A stretch of 64,000 bases of DNA, from positions 1 to 64,000 of the IMG/VR virus record IMGVR_UViG_3300044698_000419. One strand, written 5' to 3'. Below the pieces are notes generated by a model. It searched no databases, was not told the DNA's origin, and saw only the letters and a program-made list of their open reading frames with translations. This document shows positions 27,645-36,889 of this stretch, in pieces. Origin of the DNA: a virus. How positions within the stretch are numbered: position 1 is the stretch's first letter; each line of letters begins with the position of its first letter. Made by a program: the position numbers and the translations under genes.

Positions 27645-27742
27645 GCTCGGGAAACGGAACTCCGAGTCAGAGCCTGGAAAACGGGGCACTCGGAATGGCC
27701 TTGAGGGGACGCCTTCAGCAGGTTCGAAGCCTGCCCCGAGCA
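27645..27742 (+). ncRNA. tRNA-like element (acceptor + T arm, non-canonical middle)
   Basis: GCTCGGG/CCCGAGC-A acceptor; GCAGG-TTCGAAG-CCTGC T arm; no normal D/anticodon arm. Confidence 0.55.
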
Positions 27743-27839
27743 CTCAGATGTGACCGCATCGAATCTGGAGGGATCGAGATGTTCTCCACCGGCTTCACCT
27801 AGGTCCGCGAAATTCGCGGCCCTAGGAGGATGAATTCCG

Positions 27840-28235
27840 ATGGGCAAGACGGCACATCACCTGAAGGGCAAGTTCGACACGCGCGAATGGCCCGACGGGT
27901 ACATGATGTACTGGCGGGGACGGCCCGTTGTCCCCGTACGTGAGCACACCGTCCACGACCTGCGCTACAGCGCTGCGGAACTCCGCGACGCGGAAGAACA
28001 GGGACGTCGGGCCCGGCCCAGGAAGGTGCGGCGCACCGCGCGCTGGTGGACCTACACCGGGGCCTGGACGCCGAGTTCCAGCCGGACCTACTGGGCAGGC
28101 AAGAACGAACGCGCCAACCGGCGTTACGTGAAGAGCCAGCTCGACGGAGGACGCCGGACCAAGGGCGAACTCGAACGAAGGCTGTACGAGAAGGCCGAGA
28201 GGAAGCCTCGCCGGATGCTTTACGACATCTGGTGA
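27840..28235 (+). CDS. Basic hypothetical protein
   Basis: RBS AGGAGG. Confidence 0.6.
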   Translation: MGKTAHHLKGKFDTREWPDGYMMYWRGRPVVPVREHTVHDLRYSAAELRDAEEQGRRARPRKVRRTARWWTYTGAWTPSSSRTYWAGKNERANRRYVKSQLDGGRRTKGELERRLYEKAERKPRRMLYDIW

Positions 28236-28244
28236 GGGAGGAAA

Positions 28245-28318
28245 GCTCCTGTAGCTCAGGGGATAGAGCACTGGTTTCCTAAACCGGGTTGTCGCAGGTT
28301 CGATTCCTGTCAGGAGCA
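28245..28318 (+). tRNA. trnR: tRNA-Arg(CCT)
   Basis: CTGGT-TTCCTAA-ACCGG. Confidence 0.92.
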
Positions 28319-28554
28319 CGGCGCGGGTAATGGGGTACCAACCGCTGGGCTAGATACCCAGTGGGGGTCCTGCCGATGAAAACCCCAGCAAGGACTGATT
28401 GGTGAGCGTAGGCCGGTTCGATTCCGGTCGTGCCCGAGGTTGGGCGTGGGGTTCGATTCCCCTTAATCTTGGAGACGAAAAGGATTGCCCGCAGATGTGG
28501 AGACCACGGTGATTGCGGGAACCGCGCAGAGGAGTTCGACTCTCTTCCAGTCCA
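28319..28554 (+). ncRNA. Three abutting tRNA-like elements (28319-28436, 28436-28471, 28482-28554)
   Basis: Three T-loops (TTCGATT, TTCGATT, TTCGACT) each in a stem and followed by an acceptor-like strand. Confidence 0.5.
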
Positions 28555-28697
28555 CGGCGGTGCCTGCGGAAATCCTTACTCCGCTCGGGCAGGGCGAGGC
28601 CAACTCCAGTGATCCGCGTGGCGGCTCTCCTGGAGAAAGATCCCCTGCGGTCGTAGTAGGCGGCCCCCGCGTTCTTGTCTCGGAAAGGAAGAAGAAA

Positions 28698-29024
28698 GTG
28701 GACCACGGGATTGACGAGATCAACGTGATCGAGCTGCCCAAGAGCAGCGGCATTTCGTCCGACTGGCCTCAGCGTTACCAAATCACGGTCGCCCCTGCGG
28801 CGCTCGGCCAGGTACTGCCCGACCTGCCCTTCTTGCACAAGGGAGACGGGATCACCCTGTTGGACGGCCGGACGTACTGGGTAGAGAGCGCCAGGCAGGT
28901 GCCCGTGAAGGAGGGTCACGTCTACTGGACGTGGGTCTACACGGCCACGCGCGACACCTCGGACGACCCCACCCCGTGGGACGAGGACGACGACATGTCG
29001 CTCGACTCGAAGTTCGGGCGGTGA
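28698..29024 (+). CDS. Hypothetical protein
   Basis: Leader CGGAAAGGAAG. Confidence 0.6.
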   Translation: MDHGIDEINVIELPKSSGISSDWPQRYQITVAPAALGQVLPDLPFLHKGDGITLLDGRTYWVESARQVPVKEGHVYWTWVYTATRDTSDDPTPWDEDDDMSLDSKFGR

Positions 29025-29527
29025 TGAACGTGGCGGAGTACAAGGCCGGAAACATCAAGCACGCCGGGATCTGGTTCAAGCTGCGGGTCGATGACGATGG
29101 CGACTGGCTGACCGAGATGGATGGCCAGGATCTGAAGCACCCCACCCGGGCCAAGCTGTTCGCCGACATCGACCGCCTGGTGCGCCTGAAGAAGAAGGCC
29201 GTCAACATCCCCTTCACGAAGGTCGAGTCGAAGAACAACGGCTACGTCTCCCTGAAGCACGGGGTCGTCACCGGCATCCACTCGGGCACGGGCAACCTGC
29301 TCGTCTCCTGGGACGACGGCACGAACGGCCAGCTCACGACCGGATACGGCACGGAGGTCATGCAGCGGCTGACGATCGCCGAGGAGGGGAAGCTGGCCCG
29401 GCTGGCGCGCGAGGCGCACCAGAGCGCGGAGGCTCTGCGTGAGTTCACTGGTCGCAAGCAGGTCTACAAAGGAACCAAGGGCCTGGAGGACCAGGTCAAG
29501 ACCCTGCTGGCGAAGGACGCGAAGTGA
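29024..29527 (+). CDS. Hypothetical protein
   Basis: TGATG coupling; codon bias. Confidence 0.7.
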   Translation: MNVAEYKAGNIKHAGIWFKLRVDDDGDWLTEMDGQDLKHPTRAKLFADIDRLVRLKKKAVNIPFTKVESKNNGYVSLKHGVVTGIHSGTGNLLVSWDDGTNGQLTTGYGTEVMQRLTIAEEGKLARLAREAHQSAEALREFTGRKQVYKGTKGLEDQVKTLLAKDAK

Positions 29528-29796
29528 GCGAGAAGAACCTGATCACGGTCAAGGGGTCGGTCGAGTTCCGGGACGCGGTGATGCGGCTGACGAACGGCGG
29601 CATCGAAGGTGTCTACGCACAGGAGCACGGCACGAACGAGCCGACCTACCGGATCATCCACGGACCCGACCACCCCGTGATTACGACAAGCGACCTGTTC
29701 CGGAGTCACTTCGCTCCGGTCCACATGGAGGACTTCGCTTCCGCGCTCAGTGCGGCGGGCGACATGGCCCCCAGGGTTGACGTCTTCAACCTCTGA
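29524..29796 (+). CDS. Hypothetical protein
   Basis: GTGA coupling. Confidence 0.6.
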   Translation: MSEKNLITVKGSVEFRDAVMRLTNGGIEGVYAQEHGTNEPTYRIIHGPDHPVITTSDLFRSHFAPVHMEDFASALSAAGDMAPRVDVFNL

Positions 29797-29846
29797 TCAA
29801 CTGGCCGCCGGGATAGCCCCGGCGGATGAACGGACAGGAGAACACG

Positions 29847-30050
29847 ATGGGTCAGTACGACGGTGGTCAGGTAACGCCGGACGGTTCGGGATGGCAGCGC
29901 CCCACCAGCCACAAGCCCGGGGAGTCCGGCCCCGCACCCACGGAGCGGGACCCGGAGACCGGCACGATGAAGCGTTCCGTGACCCCCGACCCCTACGCGA
30001 ACGGCGGCAACGGTCACACGGTCCGCAACTTCAGCCGGAACAGCAACTGA
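29847..30050 (+). CDS. Hypothetical protein
   Basis: RBS AGGAG. Confidence 0.6.
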   Translation: MGQYDGGQVTPDGSGWQRPTSHKPGESGPAPTERDPETGTMKRSVTPDPYANGGNGHTVRNFSRNSN

Positions 30051-30478
30051 TGGCCGCGATCGAGAGCGAGTACGACGTCGCCACGGTGCTCGGCTCGCTC
30101 GACACGAGCCGCTGGCCGGAGGTCCGTCAGGCCATCGAGAAGGGCGGCAAGGGGCACGACTTCGCCCCCGAGCTGGACTTCGGCCAGCCGCCGGAGGGCG
30201 GTGCCAGCGAGGCCGAGTACATCTTCGACGAGGCCCGGGAGATCGCCGACACGAACCGTCTCATGCGGCAGGCGGCACGCAGCCTGCACGGGAACATCGG
30301 CGAGGCGCTGGCGCATGTGAGGAAGGCTCAGCGGAACATCGGCGAGCTGCGGGATCTGGGGGCCGCCGAGTTCCTGGACGGGGACGGTGACGTCGAGCAG
30401 TTCCTGAAGGACGCCATGCGTCTGCTGCGGGCCGCACAGGAGATGAAGGGCACCGACGAGACGGGGGAGATGAAGTGA
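30050..30478 (+). CDS. Hypothetical protein
   Basis: TGATG coupling. Confidence 0.65.
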   Translation: MAAIESEYDVATVLGSLDTSRWPEVRQAIEKGGKGHDFAPELDFGQPPEGGASEAEYIFDEAREIADTNRLMRQAARSLHGNIGEALAHVRKAQRNIGELRDLGAAEFLDGDGDVEQFLKDAMRLLRAAQEMKGTDETGEMK

Positions 30479-30738
30479 CTTCGGGCTCGGGCTGGGACAG
30501 CCACGGTCACGTGAGCGACAGGGGCCGGTCGGGCACCGCCTGCCGGAACCGGAAGGAGCACTTCGGGAGCTGGGTGGTGACGATGCGGCGGGTGAACTAC
30601 TCCGCCTTCAACGGCTACCACCGCACCCCCTCGGACTACTCCGAGATCCGCTGCACGGCGTGCCCCACGAGGTGGCGTACGAAGGCCGCCTATGTGGACC
30701 AGCTTCCGAACGAAGTTCGGGGTCCCGGGACCGGCTGA
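30475..30738 (+). CDS. Hypothetical Zn-ribbon-like protein
   Basis: C..H and CTAC..RWRT. Confidence 0.6.
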   Translation: MTSGSGWDSHGHVSDRGRSGTACRNRKEHFGSWVVTMRRVNYSAFNGYHRTPSDYSEIRCTACPTRWRTKAAYVDQLPNEVRGPGTG

Positions 30739-30790
30739 AACGAGGTAGATTCCCTCCGGTAAGACAGCGCAAGGAAACCGGAGAACAGAT

Positions 30791-30997
30791 ATGCCGCTCG
30801 GCGTCGTTAAGTGGTTCAACGCGGAGAAGGGGTACGGGTTCATCGCGCAGGATGACGGTGGCCCGGACGTCTTCGTGCACTACTCGCAGATCAACGGACA
30901 GGGCTACCGCGAACTGGCCGAGGGGCAGCGTGTGCTCTTCGAGACCCAGCAGGGCAAGAAGGGGATCGAAGCGCAGAACGTCTCCGTCACTTCATGA
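30791..30997 (+). CDS. cspA: Cold-shock protein (CSD)
   Basis: [15 protein letters not shown] (RNP1), DVFVHYS (RNP2). Confidence 0.95.
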   Translation: MPLGVVKWFNAEKGYGFIAQDDGGPDVFVHYSQINGQGYRELAEGQRVLFETQQGKKGIEAQNVSVTS

Positions 30998-31533
30998 CCA
31001 CAGATGCATACGAGCGCCCAGGCTGGTCGGCCTGGGCGCTCGGCATTGCCGAGGCCGTTTCCCTGCGTGGAGACTGCACGCGAAGGCGCGTAGGTGCCGT
31101 CCTGCTGGATTCCCAGCACCGGATTTTCGGCTCGGGATACAACGGGACGGAGCCCGGCGGGAAGAGCTGCCTGGAGGGCGACTGCCCGCGCGGCAGGCAC
31201 TTCGAATACGGGGCGAACTCGAAGTGGGAGAAGTCCGGGGATGCCCTGCTGGAATGCAGGTGTGGGAACCCCTGGCCCTGCTCCGAGGCGGTGCCTCCGG
31301 GCAGCTCCTACGACACGGGCCCCGGGATATGCATCGCATCTCACGCGGAGATCAATGCGCTTATGGACGTTGAGGCGCGGTACCGACTGGACGGGGCTTC
31401 GATGTACGTAACCGAAGAACCTTGCGGAGGTTGCGCAAAGATCATCAAGAATTCCACCAAAATTGTCCAAATTGTCTGGCCAGATGGGGTTATTGAACTT
31501 GATCGAAAAGAGTTCGTTTACTACACTGAGTGA
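30994..31533 (+). CDS. dCMP deaminase
   Basis: RRVGAV, GYNG, HAEINAL, PCGGC. Confidence 0.92.
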   Translation: MTTDAYERPGWSAWALGIAEAVSLRGDCTRRRVGAVLLDSQHRIFGSGYNGTEPGGKSCLEGDCPRGRHFEYGANSKWEKSGDALLECRCGNPWPCSEAVPPGSSYDTGPGICIASHAEINALMDVEARYRLDGASMYVTEEPCGGCAKIIKNSTKIVQIVWPDGVIELDRKEFVYYTE

Positions 31534-32010
31534 GTGAATAAAACGGACTGGCCGCAGCAGGGTGAGTGCGCGCAGTGTGGCGGGCGCTTCGAGAGGTACC
31601 GGCCGCAGAACATCTACTGCCAGGGGAGAGAGTGTCAGAACGCTCGCCGGAAAGTCCGGTGGGACCGATGGAGGGAGAAGCAAGAGGCGGACGGGACGTA
31701 CCGGCAGACCGTTAACGGATACCAGCAGAAATTTCGAGAGCGAACCGGATATGGCCGCGATTGGGAACTGCGCAACAGATATGGAATCACTCTCGAAGAG
31801 TGGATCCACATGGTGGAAACGGTTGACGGAAAGTGTGAAATCTGCGGAGGTGAAGATCACCTTTGCGTAGACCATTGTCATGAGACGGGGAAGATTCGTG
31901 GCGTTCTTTGCCGCAGATGCAATCTTGTCATCGGTCAGCTCGGTGACACCGTCGAGCATGTGCGCCGAGCAGTGAAGTACCTGGAGAAGGATCTGGACCT
32001 TCGGGCATAG
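31534..32010 (+). CDS. Endonuclease VII-like (HNH) nuclease, probable homing endonuclease
   Basis: RYGIT, CEIC, VDHCHETGKIRGVLCRRCN; AT-richer codons than neighbours. Confidence 0.88.
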   Translation: MNKTDWPQQGECAQCGGRFERYRPQNIYCQGRECQNARRKVRWDRWREKQEADGTYRQTVNGYQQKFRERTGYGRDWELRNRYGITLEEWIHMVETVDGKCEICGGEDHLCVDHCHETGKIRGVLCRRCNLVIGQLGDTVEHVRRAVKYLEKDLDLRA

Positions 32011-32021
32011 GTGCGGAACGT

Positions 32022-32050
32022 GAGGGGCCTCTCCTCCCGAGGGGCCCTTC
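32022..32050. terminator. Hairpin terminator
   Basis: GAGGGGCCTCTC...GAGGGGCCCTTC. Confidence 0.55.
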
Positions 32051-32133
32051 GTCACGCCTGAAATGGCCTGAGCCATGGTAAGCTCTGAGGACCAACAGAG
32101 CTTAATGGCAACGCACTTCGGAAGGGGAGCGGG

Positions 32134-32562
32134 ATGAGCGCGCACCACCTGCTGGGCAAGAGCAACGAGGGGAACCTGATCCTGGTCGCGGGGCCCGACC
32201 ACCGCCGCATGTACGGCATGGCCGAGGCCGCAGGGATCTCCGTACTGGACCCCCGGAACGTGACCGACATCGAGTCCCTGAAGACCCGGATCAGCCTGAG
32301 CCGCGAGTCCGTCGCCGTCGTCGCCTCCATGCCGGAGATCGAGGGCACCCTGGACCGCAGCGCCTTCGACCGGCGCCTCATCGACCTCGCGTACGCCGCC
32401 GACCGGGTGGTCTACGCCGGTCTCCTCGGTGCCGTCCTGGTCTGGCCGCAGCACCCCGACACCCGCACGTCGATCCGCAACGGCCGGGTGAGCGTGCACC
32501 AGAAGCTCGACGTGGTGGCGGCCGGTGAGACCGTCGTCGGCCTGACCGTGGACCGCCTGTGA
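32134..32562 (+). CDS. Hypothetical protein
   Basis: RBS GGGAG. Confidence 0.65.
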   Translation: MSAHHLLGKSNEGNLILVAGPDHRRMYGMAEAAGISVLDPRNVTDIESLKTRISLSRESVAVVASMPEIEGTLDRSAFDRRLIDLAYAADRVVYAGLLGAVLVWPQHPDTRTSIRNGRVSVHQKLDVVAAGETVVGLTVDRL

Positions 32563-33080
32563 TCACGGACATCCACACCCTGGACCAGTACATCGGCAAG
32601 TACGTCGATCTGAGCGAGGGGGAGGACGGGATGGCGGGATTCCTGGTCGATGTGTACGACGTCGTCGACTACATCCCGCACCCGGTCCGCGCGGTGAGCC
32701 TGGACTACGGATACGGCTTCCGGGTGAGCGCCGACACTGTCATCAGGGTGCTGGAGGCGCCGGACGGGCAGGAGCCCCCGAAGGTTGAGAACCCGGTGCA
32801 GCTCGTGCACGCCGTCATGGACGGCAGGCCCTGCTCGGACGCCGGATGCGCCAACCGGGGAAGGGCACTGCTGGCGGTGCGCGCCATGCGTGTATGGCGG
32901 ATGCGGCAGGAAGACGCGTTCTGGGAGTACAAGTACGTACGCCAAGTGCGCGGCTACGCGAAGAGCTGCCTCACATCCGCCAGCGACATCGCCCGGGAGG
33001 CCCGGGACGAAGGGGCACCGCCGCACATCATGGAGAAGATGGACGCCATCCTCAAGCGGGCCATGGAGGGTCAGGGGTGA
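32559..33080 (+). CDS. Hypothetical protein
   Basis: GTGA coupling. Confidence 0.65.
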   Translation: MITDIHTLDQYIGKYVDLSEGEDGMAGFLVDVYDVVDYIPHPVRAVSLDYGYGFRVSADTVIRVLEAPDGQEPPKVENPVQLVHAVMDGRPCSDAGCANRGRALLAVRAMRVWRMRQEDAFWEYKYVRQVRGYAKSCLTSASDIAREARDEGAPPHIMEKMDAILKRAMEGQG

Positions 33081-33250
33081 CCGGCGGCCAGATGCTCGGG
33101 ATGGCCGTGGCCGGTTCCTCGTTCATCTCGCTGGCGGCGATCGGAGTCATCTGGGCATACGAGAAAGTCGTCACATGCCTGACCCCGAAGGCCGCCGTCG
33201 AGCTTCCGAAGCTGGTACTTCCTCCCGAGGAGAGAGATGAAGAAGGGTGA
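33077..33250 (+). CDS. Small membrane protein
   Basis: One TM; coupled. Confidence 0.5.
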   Translation: MTGGQMLGMAVAGSSFISLAAIGVIWAYEKVVTCLTPKAAVELPKLVLPPEERDEEG

Positions 33251-33707
33251 GCCCACCCGGGCCGAGCTGGCGCTGAACGCGCTGGCCGAGGTGCGGGCGG
33301 TGCTGGACGAGTGGACCGGAAGCGACTGGAGCCACACGAACCCGGCCCAGGAGATCGACCACATCCTGCATCTGACGTACGCGAAGCTGAGGATGCAGTC
33401 GATGCAGCGCGAGCGGCGCCCGGCGACCTGGCTGGCCCAGCCGGTCAGCACGGTCTGGCCGAAGGAGATCGCGTGGCGCCGCAACGAGGAATCGGTGACG
33501 GCCCTCTGCTTCGAGGTGCGCATCACCGACGGGACCAAGGACGCCGTCGGCCGCAGGGTCGAGGTCCGCATGTCGGCGAACGACGCCGGTTTCCTGGCCA
33601 TGTCGATGAAAGGCATGGCCGAATGGGGCGACGGCAAACCCGGACCGGCCGACGTACTGGACGAGCTGCTTCCCGGCGGTTCCGTGAAGGAGGAGAACGA
33701 GACGTGA
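33237..33707 (+). CDS. Hypothetical protein
   Basis: RBS GAGGAG. Confidence 0.6.
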   Translation: MKKGEPTRAELALNALAEVRAVLDEWTGSDWSHTNPAQEIDHILHLTYAKLRMQSMQRERRPATWLAQPVSTVWPKEIAWRRNEESVTALCFEVRITDGTKDAVGRRVEVRMSANDAGFLAMSMKGMAEWGDGKPGPADVLDELLPGGSVKEENET

Positions 33708-34033
33708 GCTATCCGAGGATCTTCGCGACGCCCGGCGTGGGCGACTTCGCTGAAGCGGTCGACGACGAGCGTCAGCGCCAGCTCAAAAAGTGGGGCGACC
33801 AGGAACACCCGGACGGGACCGGCGGCCCCGTGATGCACGAGATGGCCGACGAGATGCGGGCCCGCTGCCAGTACCTCGACGAGAACGGCGGCGCCGACTG
33901 GCGGGCCATCCTCCTGGAGGAGATCTACGAGGCGATGGCCGAGGAGGACCCCGAGAGGCTGGTCGTGGAGCTGACGCAGTCGGCGGCCGTCATCGCGGCG
34001 TGGATCTACGACCTCAAGCGGCGGACGCCGTGA
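33704..34033 (+). CDS. MazG-like all-alpha NTP pyrophosphohydrolase
   Basis: ERQRQLKKWG, ILLEEIYEA, ELTQSAAV. Confidence 0.65.
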   Translation: MSYPRIFATPGVGDFAEAVDDERQRQLKKWGDQEHPDGTGGPVMHEMADEMRARCQYLDENGGADWRAILLEEIYEAMAEEDPERLVVELTQSAAVIAAWIYDLKRRTP

Positions 34034-34230
34034 GCGAGGGCCTGGAGAACTACCGCAGCAGAGCCCTCGCCGCGCGCCGGGCCGATATCGTCGCCCGGTT
34101 CGAGCACCCCGTCACCGCAGCGCCCATGGTGACCTGGTATCAGTTCGCTCCCCTCCTGAACGAGGAGGGCGAGTTCTACTCGGCCAGCGAGAAGGAGTTC
34201 CACGGCTGGTTCGAACCCGTGGAGAAGTGA
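34030..34230 (+). CDS. Hypothetical protein
   Basis: Coupled at both ends. Confidence 0.55.
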   Translation: MSEGLENYRSRALAARRADIVARFEHPVTAAPMVTWYQFAPLLNEEGEFYSASEKEFHGWFEPVEK

Positions 34231-34529
34231 TGGACATCCGGCGTCCCGATCTGGACAAGTGGGGCGTGTACTGCCCGCACGGAAAGAAGATCGTCGAGGC
34301 GATCCCCGCCGAGCACACCTGCGGCGGGAAGCCTCAGCCGATCCCCCGGGTCGGCCCTTTCGAGGCAGAGCCTGAGCGGGAGTACTGCAAGGCGTGCTAC
34401 CCGGAGGGCCGGAAAGTGCTTCCGTGGGCCTGCGAGAAAACGGGCTGCGACGAGGCGGCCTACGACCGGGAAATGCAGGAAGAGATAGACCGGTACTACG
34501 AGGAAATGCGCCAGTCGTACTACGGGTGA
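34227..34529 (+). CDS. Hypothetical Cys-rich protein
   Basis: CPH, CKAC, C..GC. Confidence 0.6.
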   Translation: MMDIRRPDLDKWGVYCPHGKKIVEAIPAEHTCGGKPQPIPRVGPFEAEPEREYCKACYPEGRKVLPWACEKTGCDEAAYDREMQEEIDRYYEEMRQSYYG

Positions 34530-34547
34530 ATCGGAAAGGGTGAAGAG

Positions 34548-35363
34548 ATGGAGAGGCCCAAGAATTCGCGGGTCCGGCACGGCATGGCGTCGTGCGCGCG
34601 GTACGGATGCAAGCAGGAAGCGTGCCTGGAGGCGCAGCGCCGGGCCACGCGGGAGAACTACCACGGCCAGAAGGACGGCGGCGCCCGGGTCTCCTGCACG
34701 GAGGTGACGCCCTACGTAGTGAAGCTCGTGAACGCGGGCATGTCGGTGGTCGACATCTCAGACCGGTCGGGCGTCTCGCCGACACAGGTACGCCTGATCT
34801 TCCGGAGCAAGCTGGAGCGCGTCCACCGGGTCACCGCCGAGGCGATCCTGGGGATCCCCTTCCCGGAAGAGGGCCGCTTCCCCGACACGGACGGTCTGAC
34901 CGACGCGACCGGCGCCCGCAGGAGGCTTCAGGCGCTCACCGTGCAGGGCTTCTCCGTGGCGCTGATGGCCGAGGAGGGAGACATGCAGACCAGGACCATC
35001 AGCGCCATCCGCTCCGGCCTGCGCGAGCAGGTGCGTGTGTCCCGGCTCCGGGCCATCGTCGTCATGCACGACGCGCTCTACGACGCGGACCCGCAGGAGA
35101 TGGGGCTCGCGGCCAGCGCGTCCACCAGGGCCAGGCAGTGGGCGGCCGAGCAGGGGTGGTGGCCCACGGAAGCGTGGGCCGACATCGACGACCCCAACTG
35201 CAAGCCGAACCTGAAGACCCCCAGGTACGTGATCCTCACGGAGAACTACCGCGAGCTGAGCGCGGTGCAGGGCTACGACAAGAGGGATGCCGCCGACCGC
35301 CTCGGAGTCACCGTGGGCACCCTCGACAAGGCGGTCCGCTACTACGACGCGAAGGCGTCCTGA
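34548..35363 (+). CDS. Multi-HTH DNA-binding protein
   Basis: HG..C...GC...C Zn motif; AGMSVVDISDRSGVS and AADRLGVT HTHs; RRLQAL motif common in actinophage regulators. Confidence 0.75.
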   Translation: MERPKNSRVRHGMASCARYGCKQEACLEAQRRATRENYHGQKDGGARVSCTEVTPYVVKLVNAGMSVVDISDRSGVSPTQVRLIFRSKLERVHRVTAEAILGIPFPEEGRFPDTDGLTDATGARRRLQALTVQGFSVALMAEEGDMQTRTISAIRSGLREQVRVSRLRAIVVMHDALYDADPQEMGLAASASTRARQWAAEQGWWPTEAWADIDDPNCKPNLKTPRYVILTENYRELSAVQGYDKRDAADRLGVTVGTLDKAVRYYDAKAS

Positions 35364-35380
35364 CGGAAAGGGAGAGAGCC

Positions 35381-36196
35381 GTGGCGACGCCTGGAGAAAT
35401 GAGTACGCACGAACTGGACGGCCTGTTGCACAAGCACTTCATCAGCGAGAAGGACCAGCTTGACCTGGCCGGAGCCGGGGCGGTGTACCTGACGGAGGTC
35501 ACCGTGCCCGGCGGCAACCGGCGGGCGGACGCGGTGCATGTGGGACTGTGGAACTCGCGCGGCGCTGGAACGATCGAGGTCTGCGAGCTGAAGGTGAGCC
35601 GGGCCGACTGGCTGGTGGAGTTGAAGAAGCCGCAGAAGGCGGAAGCCTGGTGGCCGTACTGCAACATGTTCTGGCTGGTCGTGCCGCACGAGGGAATCGT
35701 GCGGGATGGCGAACTGCCCAAGGGCTGGGGCCTGATGATGCCGGGCAGCCGGGGCCGCAGGTTCAAGGTGATCGTGAAGCCGGAGGAGCGCGAGGCGGAG
35801 ATCACCCCGGGTCTGCTCGTCACCCTGCTGAAGAACACCGAGACGACCCGGACAAACGCCCTCCAGCGTCAGGATCGTGAGCTTCGGCAGAAGTTCTACG
35901 AGCAGGAGCGGCAGGCCCAGCGCCAGCGGGGCACCTTCAACCAGAAGGACAAGGAACGCCTCGAAGTCCTGGACCGGCTGGAGAAGGCACTCGGCATGAG
36001 CGTGGACCGCTACCCCTGGGGCGACCGGCTGGCCCCGGAGGGCGCTGCCGACGTCCTGAAGGAACTCGCCCTGGGGAGGGCGGCCCTGGACGGCGCACGG
36101 CACCGGGCGGAGTCGGCCGTGAGGGAGCTGGAGCGCGTGGCCCGGACCGCCGAGGAGACGGCGGCCAGGTTGAAGGAAAAGCTGGACATCCGATGA
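35381..36196 (+). CDS. MmcB-like PD-(D/E)XK nuclease with coiled-coil tail
   Basis: EV..RRADAV...ELKVSRADW..ELK.P.K, ELPKGWGL. Confidence 0.75.
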   Translation: MATPGEMSTHELDGLLHKHFISEKDQLDLAGAGAVYLTEVTVPGGNRRADAVHVGLWNSRGAGTIEVCELKVSRADWLVELKKPQKAEAWWPYCNMFWLVVPHEGIVRDGELPKGWGLMMPGSRGRRFKVIVKPEEREAEITPGLLVTLLKNTETTRTNALQRQDRELRQKFYEQERQAQRQRGTFNQKDKERLEVLDRLEKALGMSVDRYPWGDRLAPEGAADVLKELALGRAALDGARHRAESAVRELERVARTAEETAARLKEKLDIR

Positions 36197-36218
36197 AGGA
36201 AGAGGAGGAAAACGCACA

Positions 36219-36527
36219 ATGAGGCGAATTCTGCGGTACGAGGTCGACGTCAACGACGAGCCGCAAAGGCACCTGATTCACGGCGAGGTGCGGAAGGTGG
36301 CGGCGACGTACCGGGAGGATGGGGGGAGGCTTCGCCCCGTGGTGGAGTTCTGGGCCGAGGACATCCAGCCCGCCCCGGACGGGGAGCTGCTTCAGCGCAC
36401 CTTCCAGGTCGTCGGCACCGGCCACCCGCTGCCCGAGGGCGCCGTCTGGCGGGGCACCACGGACCGGACCAGGGAAGGCTTCGTCTGGCACCTGTACGAA
36501 CTGACCGGAGAAGGAGAGAAGGCGTGA
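36219..36527 (+). CDS. Conserved phage hypothetical protein
   Basis: RTFQVVGTGHPLP...FVWHLYE. Confidence 0.7.
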   Translation: MRRILRYEVDVNDEPQRHLIHGEVRKVAATYREDGGRLRPVVEFWAEDIQPAPDGELLQRTFQVVGTGHPLPEGAVWRGTTDRTREGFVWHLYELTGEGEKA

Positions 36528-36754
36528 TCGAGAAGGACGATGTGTACGAGTCGGCCGACCCGCGTGACGACGGACGGCAGATCCGGATCGTGTCGTGGTT
36601 CCCGGGGTACGCGAAGGCGCAGATCGTCAGCCACCCCAGCGGCAAGAACCACCGGCAGATCAACGTGAAGCACCTGCACCGGGACCGCAACACCGGTAAG
36701 GGCGAACCGCGCCGGAACGGCTACTTCCTGGTGAACCAGGACGACACGGCCTGA
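36524..36754 (+). CDS. Hypothetical protein
   Basis: YESADPRD.GRQIRI; coupled. Confidence 0.65.
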   Translation: MIEKDDVYESADPRDDGRQIRIVSWFPGYAKAQIVSHPSGKNHRQINVKHLHRDRNTGKGEPRRNGYFLVNQDDTA

Positions 36755-36889
36755 CGCCAGCGGAAGAAGCTGCGCCTGACCCGCCACGAGGGCGGCAGGC
36801 GCAGCTCTTCTGTCGGGACACCGTCGGTGTAGAAGATCTCGACGGTGTCCTCGCCCGGCTCCGGCTCAGCCCAGGACGGAGGCCGGAAC

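Noticed and set aside
28482-28554. tmRNA
   Set aside because: 3' end looks slightly similar but there is no GGGG 5' Ala acceptor with G3-U70 and no tag ORF.
25828-28612. ORFs overlapping the tRNA genes
   Set aside because: They overlap well-formed cloverleafs and lack codon bias, except the short spacer ORFs listed.
25886-28670. Theta/HDV-like ribozymes at tRNA 3' ends
   Set aside because: No nested double pseudoknot or L3 motif found by eye; only hairpins.
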